Source: Tubulanus polymorphus | Lineage: Eukaryota > Animalia > Nemertea | Reading direction: 5' to 3' | Assembly (NCBI RefSeq): GCF_964204645.1 | Contig: NW_027437441.1 | Span: 62,001 to 126,000, forward strand | Length of the DNA: 64,000 nucleotides | Shown here: piece after piece, positions 58,801-64,000 of the stretch | Numbering within the stretch: position 1 is the stretch's first letter | How the letters are laid out: the number at the start of each line of letters is the position of its first letter | Program-made: the position numbers and the translations under genes | Notes under the pieces: model-generated | The model's input: only the letters and a program-made list of their open reading frames with translations | The model's database searches: none | Told to the model about the DNA's origin: nothing

Positions 58801-61800
58801 GTACCCACGAATCTCGTATCGTATCCTATGAATGTGGAGACCCATCCTCGTAAAGAGAATGAATAGGCTCTGTCTGTTGCGTTCATATCATTTGATATGA
58901 GGCTACGTGTCATCTTCAATTGAAATCACGTTGTTTTTTTAAAGGGTGGGCGAGAATATATTCTTATGTTTTTGTTTCTCTGAATGTTGCTATTTAAGAG
59001 TTCAATAATTTCAGTCTACCAAACAAAGGATTTTCCGTATGTTTCGTGACATGTTTTTCCATAACCCTAGGAGAGCATTTTAGGTATTTTTTTGCGGATG
59101 ACCGAAAGCTGCTGTACCTTTCTAGTAATTTGATGATATCCGTCGAAATCTAAATTCTAAAAAGGATCAGGCATATCTTTTTGTTTGACTAAATATGAAC
59201 TCAACAACAAGTGACACTCCCTTCCAAGGCGCCGAAGTAAAATCATGTGTCGAGTGGAGATGAAATTGTGTCATAATTTCTTCAAAATCGGAGAAAATTG
59301 AATATTTTGAAAATAATCATTTTACATGTATGTTTAAATCCGTTATAACTGGAGCAATTTTCATGAAAAAATATCTATGGAATCAGCGAAATGTAATTAA
59401 GAAGAATACTATGTTTAAAAAGTTATCAAAGACATTTGAAAAAAGTTTTCTGAATTCGTCAACTGTTAAACTAGTAACAACCAGATGTGTTCCCATTAAA
59501 CCACCGACCGCGAGCCGAGTCGATGTGAGATGTGCCCTACACTGAAAATCTCAAGTGCTATACAACCGGTTTTTTAGGTGCCTCTGAATGTCGGCCGTTA
59601 AAAAACTGAACGATTCCCATTTGGAAAGGGCCTACGTAGTTAGAGAAAATTCAAGATGTGTATATCGTGTGATACAGGCTCCATATTTCATGTGCGTTTG
59701 GAATTTAACCTTGTTTATAACGAAACACGCATGTATTTATGCTATTTTAGATTTAAAAAGAGCGCACGAAACGGTTTCATGAGACCCACAAATAACGTCA
59801 AGTTATTCATGCATTTTTGATTTATATGAATAAATTTCGCTTCGAAATCTTTAAATTTCTCAGGTGGATTATTCAATAAATTCACAACAGTCCATTATGG
59901 ATTAGTTTGACGCCAATCGTTCTTTTAAAGATCTTTCTTTCTCGAAGCAAGATTTTCTTAAAGACTTTGATTATGGCGAATGTTTTAAGTGTCCGATAGT
60001 AAAACCTTCGGGTATAATACTAGAACACAAATTTTTAAAGATATTCATAACATACTGAAGGATATCACAGTTTATACCCGAAGATATGCAGTTGGATGGA
60101 TCTTTTTGTTTCGACTCGCATGCGACAGTAAAAACGGTACTTGATATAATAAGTGAACTTCATCATTGATATTTTCACTAATCTACTTGAATTCCAAAAA
60201 AGAACTGACAATGAAAAAGAGTTACAGCTGTGACTGATATCACTCCAAATTTCAATTCCTATGAACACTTTTCATATAAAGAAAACTATTAACGAAACAG
60301 ATTTTAGAGGCGAAAAATCCGCGTTACCATCGAATTTTCAAAACTTGAAGGAATGGTTAATGCCTCGGTGACCACTGGTCTAGTACGCGGTTTTCTGAAA
60401 TGAAAGTGGCCAAGTCTAAAGAACAATTGTATCACATGATTTCAAATATTAGGAACCCAATGCGTTTAATGATTTAATTAATTGGTATCGCGCAGATTGG
60501 TTGAAAGACGGGTGTTAGTCACCTTGTGATTTAATAGTTTTTCATGCATCGATTAATTAATCTTATTATAATTTATTTGTAGGCGCTTCCCGCAAACATT
60601 TTCTATTCGTTGAGTTTTCAAACGCAGTACTGTTCAGATGATTCGAGTCAAGTAGTAAACAAGAAAATTAATTTTAGAAAATTATTTGACGCTGCGAAAA
60701 AAATGTAGAATTTCTGGGCTAAGCTAATGTGGAATTGCAAATTTGAAATCGAAGTTTTAAGAAATTTGGGGAATGATGAGATTTTGCGATTGGGTAGATG
60801 ATACAGGTCTTCGACTCTAGTAGTGGTTTAAATTTTTTTATTGAAAATTCGTCAATAATTGATCGCGAACTTGCGACCGACTTCATTTACTTATGCCTCT
60901 AAGCTGGTCTGCAACTTCATTGCCTCCATGGTTGAAGAAAGAGCTCTTCTGATGTCTGCTTCATCATGACTTCGAGCATATCGTGTGGCCTAGCCAGCCG
61001 GCCCGGTCCCCGGGCCCGGGCCACGGGTTTGGCTGTCACTCGATATCCTAGAGTCTTGAGTCTGGGTGGGTTGAAGTAGACATTGTCATTTAAAATAACA
61101 TGCTTATGTTGTTCTGTATGAATTACCCGTGTGTCATGTATGTTGTATTAATTTATTTTAAAATTTGTATTTATTGAATTGGGAATTTTATCCCGGAATT
61201 TCAATGTAATAAGGATCAATAAAGAATTGAATTGAATTGTCACCTAATACACATGCCATCAGAGGACGCGGATCCGTATATGACAGCTATGCTATTATAA
61301 ATTGCTAATCTCATGAAACCTGCATACTCCTAATATCAATCATATTTTCTAAAACGTTTGAATATTGAAATTATATGTTTACACATTTTCATATTTACCG
61401 CTTGAAGCCGCTGATGAAATTCACGCCGGCCCTACACACATCGTAGATAGCTTCGTCATTCCACCGGCATGCCAACGTTAGGGTCTAAATTTTATATCAG
61501 ACTTCCAAATCGTGTATACATCCGCCATTTAACCGAATAATCCGATTTACTTATCATTTCTATTTATGCCTGCCGTTTCTGATATAATCATACATCCTTT
61601 ACTATTACAATACGTCTTCTAATGATATTCAATGCAATATAACATTTCGACGTTCAAATATAGGTCATTATATAATCACAGGAAGCCATTCTACATCTAT
61701 GTCAATAATATTTTGCCAGATAGCTTGTTTGTGTACACATAGACCTGTGACGTTTTGCACATCGATTTACGGCTGTCGTTTGTAAAATGACGCTGAATGG

Positions 61801-62968
61801 TTAACATTGTTTAGGTTTCATAATGGTAACGTTTTATAAGGCGTCAAAAAAGTTTATGTATTAGCATTACTATGCAGTGAAAATAACGCACTGCGGCGAG
61901 TGAGGTGCTGTGATCCAGATGTGTAACCCATTAATGGGTAATAAATTTCCATCATGTCAACGCCATTGAAAAACAGTAGCAAAACTTTCTGCTGGTTTCT
62001 AGAAATAGCAATACGATGACAAGCACTTTCGAATTCGACCACGATATTTGAGAAGTTTCACTTGGGCAGTGGTGGTCAGTGATGGTCAATTTATGAATTT
62101 TAATTGCGAATCCTTTCTAGTTTCACACCAAATGCGGTACCGGTATATCGTTCTTTCAAGAAGTTTCAATTGGTCACTGGTGGTCAGTGATGGTCAATTT
62201 ATGAATTTTCAATGGCGACTCCTTTCTAGTTTCACATCAAATGCGGTACCGGTATATCGTTCTTTCAAGAAGTTTCAATTGGTCAGTGGTGGTCAGTGAT
62301 GGTCAATTTACTAATTTTCAATGGCGAATCCTTTCTAGTTTGACACCATAACGCGGTATATCGTTTTCATATTCGAGAAGTTTGAATTGGTCATTGGTGG
62401 TCAGTGATGGTCAGTGATGAATTTGCAATTATGATTCCTTAGTAGTTTGAAAACAAACATTACATGATAAATTTCCGAAATTCGAAGTCAAGTGTTCAGA
62501 CTCGGGGATATCTCAATTGGTCAGTTACTGACCATCATGGTGTCACCATTGTGGTCTATAGCTCAAATGAAACATGTGGAACCGACGAAGGGGCCCAAAA
62601 GCGTTAAGTCATTTCCTGGAGTGACGTGATCCAAAAATGCCCTAACTGGAAAAGGCAGTCTCTCAATTGGATGAAACCAAATCGGACAGGACAATTAAAA
62701 TTTGGGAAGGTCACAGGTAGTGGTCTTTCTACGAAGCCCACGCGGTGAGCGTATTATTATGAAATCTTTTTTTAAACTACCATGTACCACGAAGTAATAA
62801 GCATCGTTGTAAGCACTTGAAACAGCCATTAACCACTTGAAACTGTCAGATCAAACATCATACCGCATCCCCGCAAAGAGGGGTGGTTCAGCAAACCGGA
62901 GTTTTCATTGGCCTCTCTAGACTACCCCGCCAGTACGGGTAGCCGAGCAAACCGGAAAACTCATAATG
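55811..62968. mobile_element. Second (inverted) copy of the CATTATGAG TIR element, 7.2 kb
   Basis: Reverse complement of 46476-52984; lacks the MITE and has an extra ~1.2 kb at about 60657-61845. Confidence 0.85.
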
Positions 62969-64000
62969 GACTCTTCCGGAGCATGATTAAATCCATTTTG
63001 AAGGAAGTGATTTCTAAAAAAACTGGCATTTATCTTCTTCGATAAAAATAAATTATTATTACATTGAGACTCGCAATATCAAAACAGAAACAGACGGAAT
63101 GAAACAGTGGATGAAATTGTATTGACAAAATGTTGTATTGGAAATAAAAGTTATAGTTCTTGTGGGATTCGAACCCATCACAAAGCACCTAAGTGACGTC
63201 ACGTTATGAACTGGGAAATCCGCCATAATACATAACCCGCCTATCTGAGGTATGGAAACGTAGCTCGACCCAGACGGACCTATATCGTCTCGAAATATAA
63301 TGAAAACAAGCCCCAAACCCTAGGCTAAGCCTCCCTGGAGAAAAGGAAAGTAATATTACACGCTACTCTTAGGTAAGTAAGACCTATTTAAAAAGTAGGG
63401 TGAGATGGGTAAAAAAGCATAAGTGCAGATCTGCACCTCGGCTCGGGGTCCATAGGGGCTCGTATCAGAGTTGTAGGTAATGTAAAAACGATAATCTGTT
63501 AATCCAATGTATATAGTATATATAAAATAACAAGGGGGCTAACGACGCTCACAAACAACTCATTTTCGGTCGCTTACTATTTCGTTATTTCTCATCCGAT
63601 TTAGATGATCCAGGCGTGATATGAAAGCACAGGGGCTCGTTACGATAGCTGGGGGTCCAAAATCAAAGATTTGACCCAGTATCCTGGGTACCACCTATAA
63701 AAAAAGAAAAGGGAGCTAACATTTTGACATACAAGAATTGACCTTCTCATTTCAACCCCTCATAACTTCGTAACCGATCGACCGATTTACACGAAATTAG
63801 ATTCGTTTCATTCCTAAGAGGTTACTTTTTCGTTTGAGACCTTCCGCGACAAAATCGGATAAGAGACACCCGAGAAATCACGACTCAAATCCGAAAAAAC
63901 GAGTCAAAATAGCCAAAGCCGGAATTACTAGGACGTCTCGGAGTAGTCGATTCCCGACGAAAAACGATGAGTTGACGCGGTTCCCGGACGTTAATCTTCA

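Noticed and set aside
63161-63182. tRNA B-box-like GGGTTCGAATCCCAC on the minus strand
   Set aside because: No cloverleaf or convincing A-box; at most a SINE remnant.
63330-64000. Possible further repeat element at the window end
   Set aside because: Single partial copy with no verifiable termini in the window.

Overview
Eukaryotic (animal-like, AT-rich) repeat-dense DNA with no recognisable host gene; almost the whole window is nested mobile DNA. It contains two related but distinct endogenous Polinton/Maverick (adintovirus-like) elements. Polinton-2 (27837-46190) has both ~480-bp TIRs, AG..CT ends and flanking GGCCTA, and carries a frameshifted protein-primed PolB, a penton stub, several membrane proteins, an intact major capsid protein, an HNH nuclease and a single integrase-chromodomain-packaging-ATPase ORF. 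Polinton-1 enters from the left edge (1-9038) and resumes at 54762-55243. It was split by a ~45.7-kb head-to-tail array of Helentron-type non-autonomous (HINE-like) units that carry a 31-bp satellite, nested HINEs, MITEs, a 6.5-kb TIR element and Polinton-2 itself. Polinton-1 sits in a piggyBac transposase gene, which sits in another copy of the 6.5-kb TIR element. The most unusual signals are: (i) each Polinton terminus is itself a long fold-back hairpin with strand-specific G-T wobbles conserved between the two families, a geometry suited to parvovirus-like self-priming; (ii) a poxvirus-late-like TAAATG at nearly every Polinton start codon; (iii) the integrase-ATPase fusion; (iv) a small flip-flop palindrome that adds amino acids in frame; (v) an inverted gene module with a visible scar, and a fold-back duplication. 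All family assignments are from motif recognition by eye; no database searches were run.
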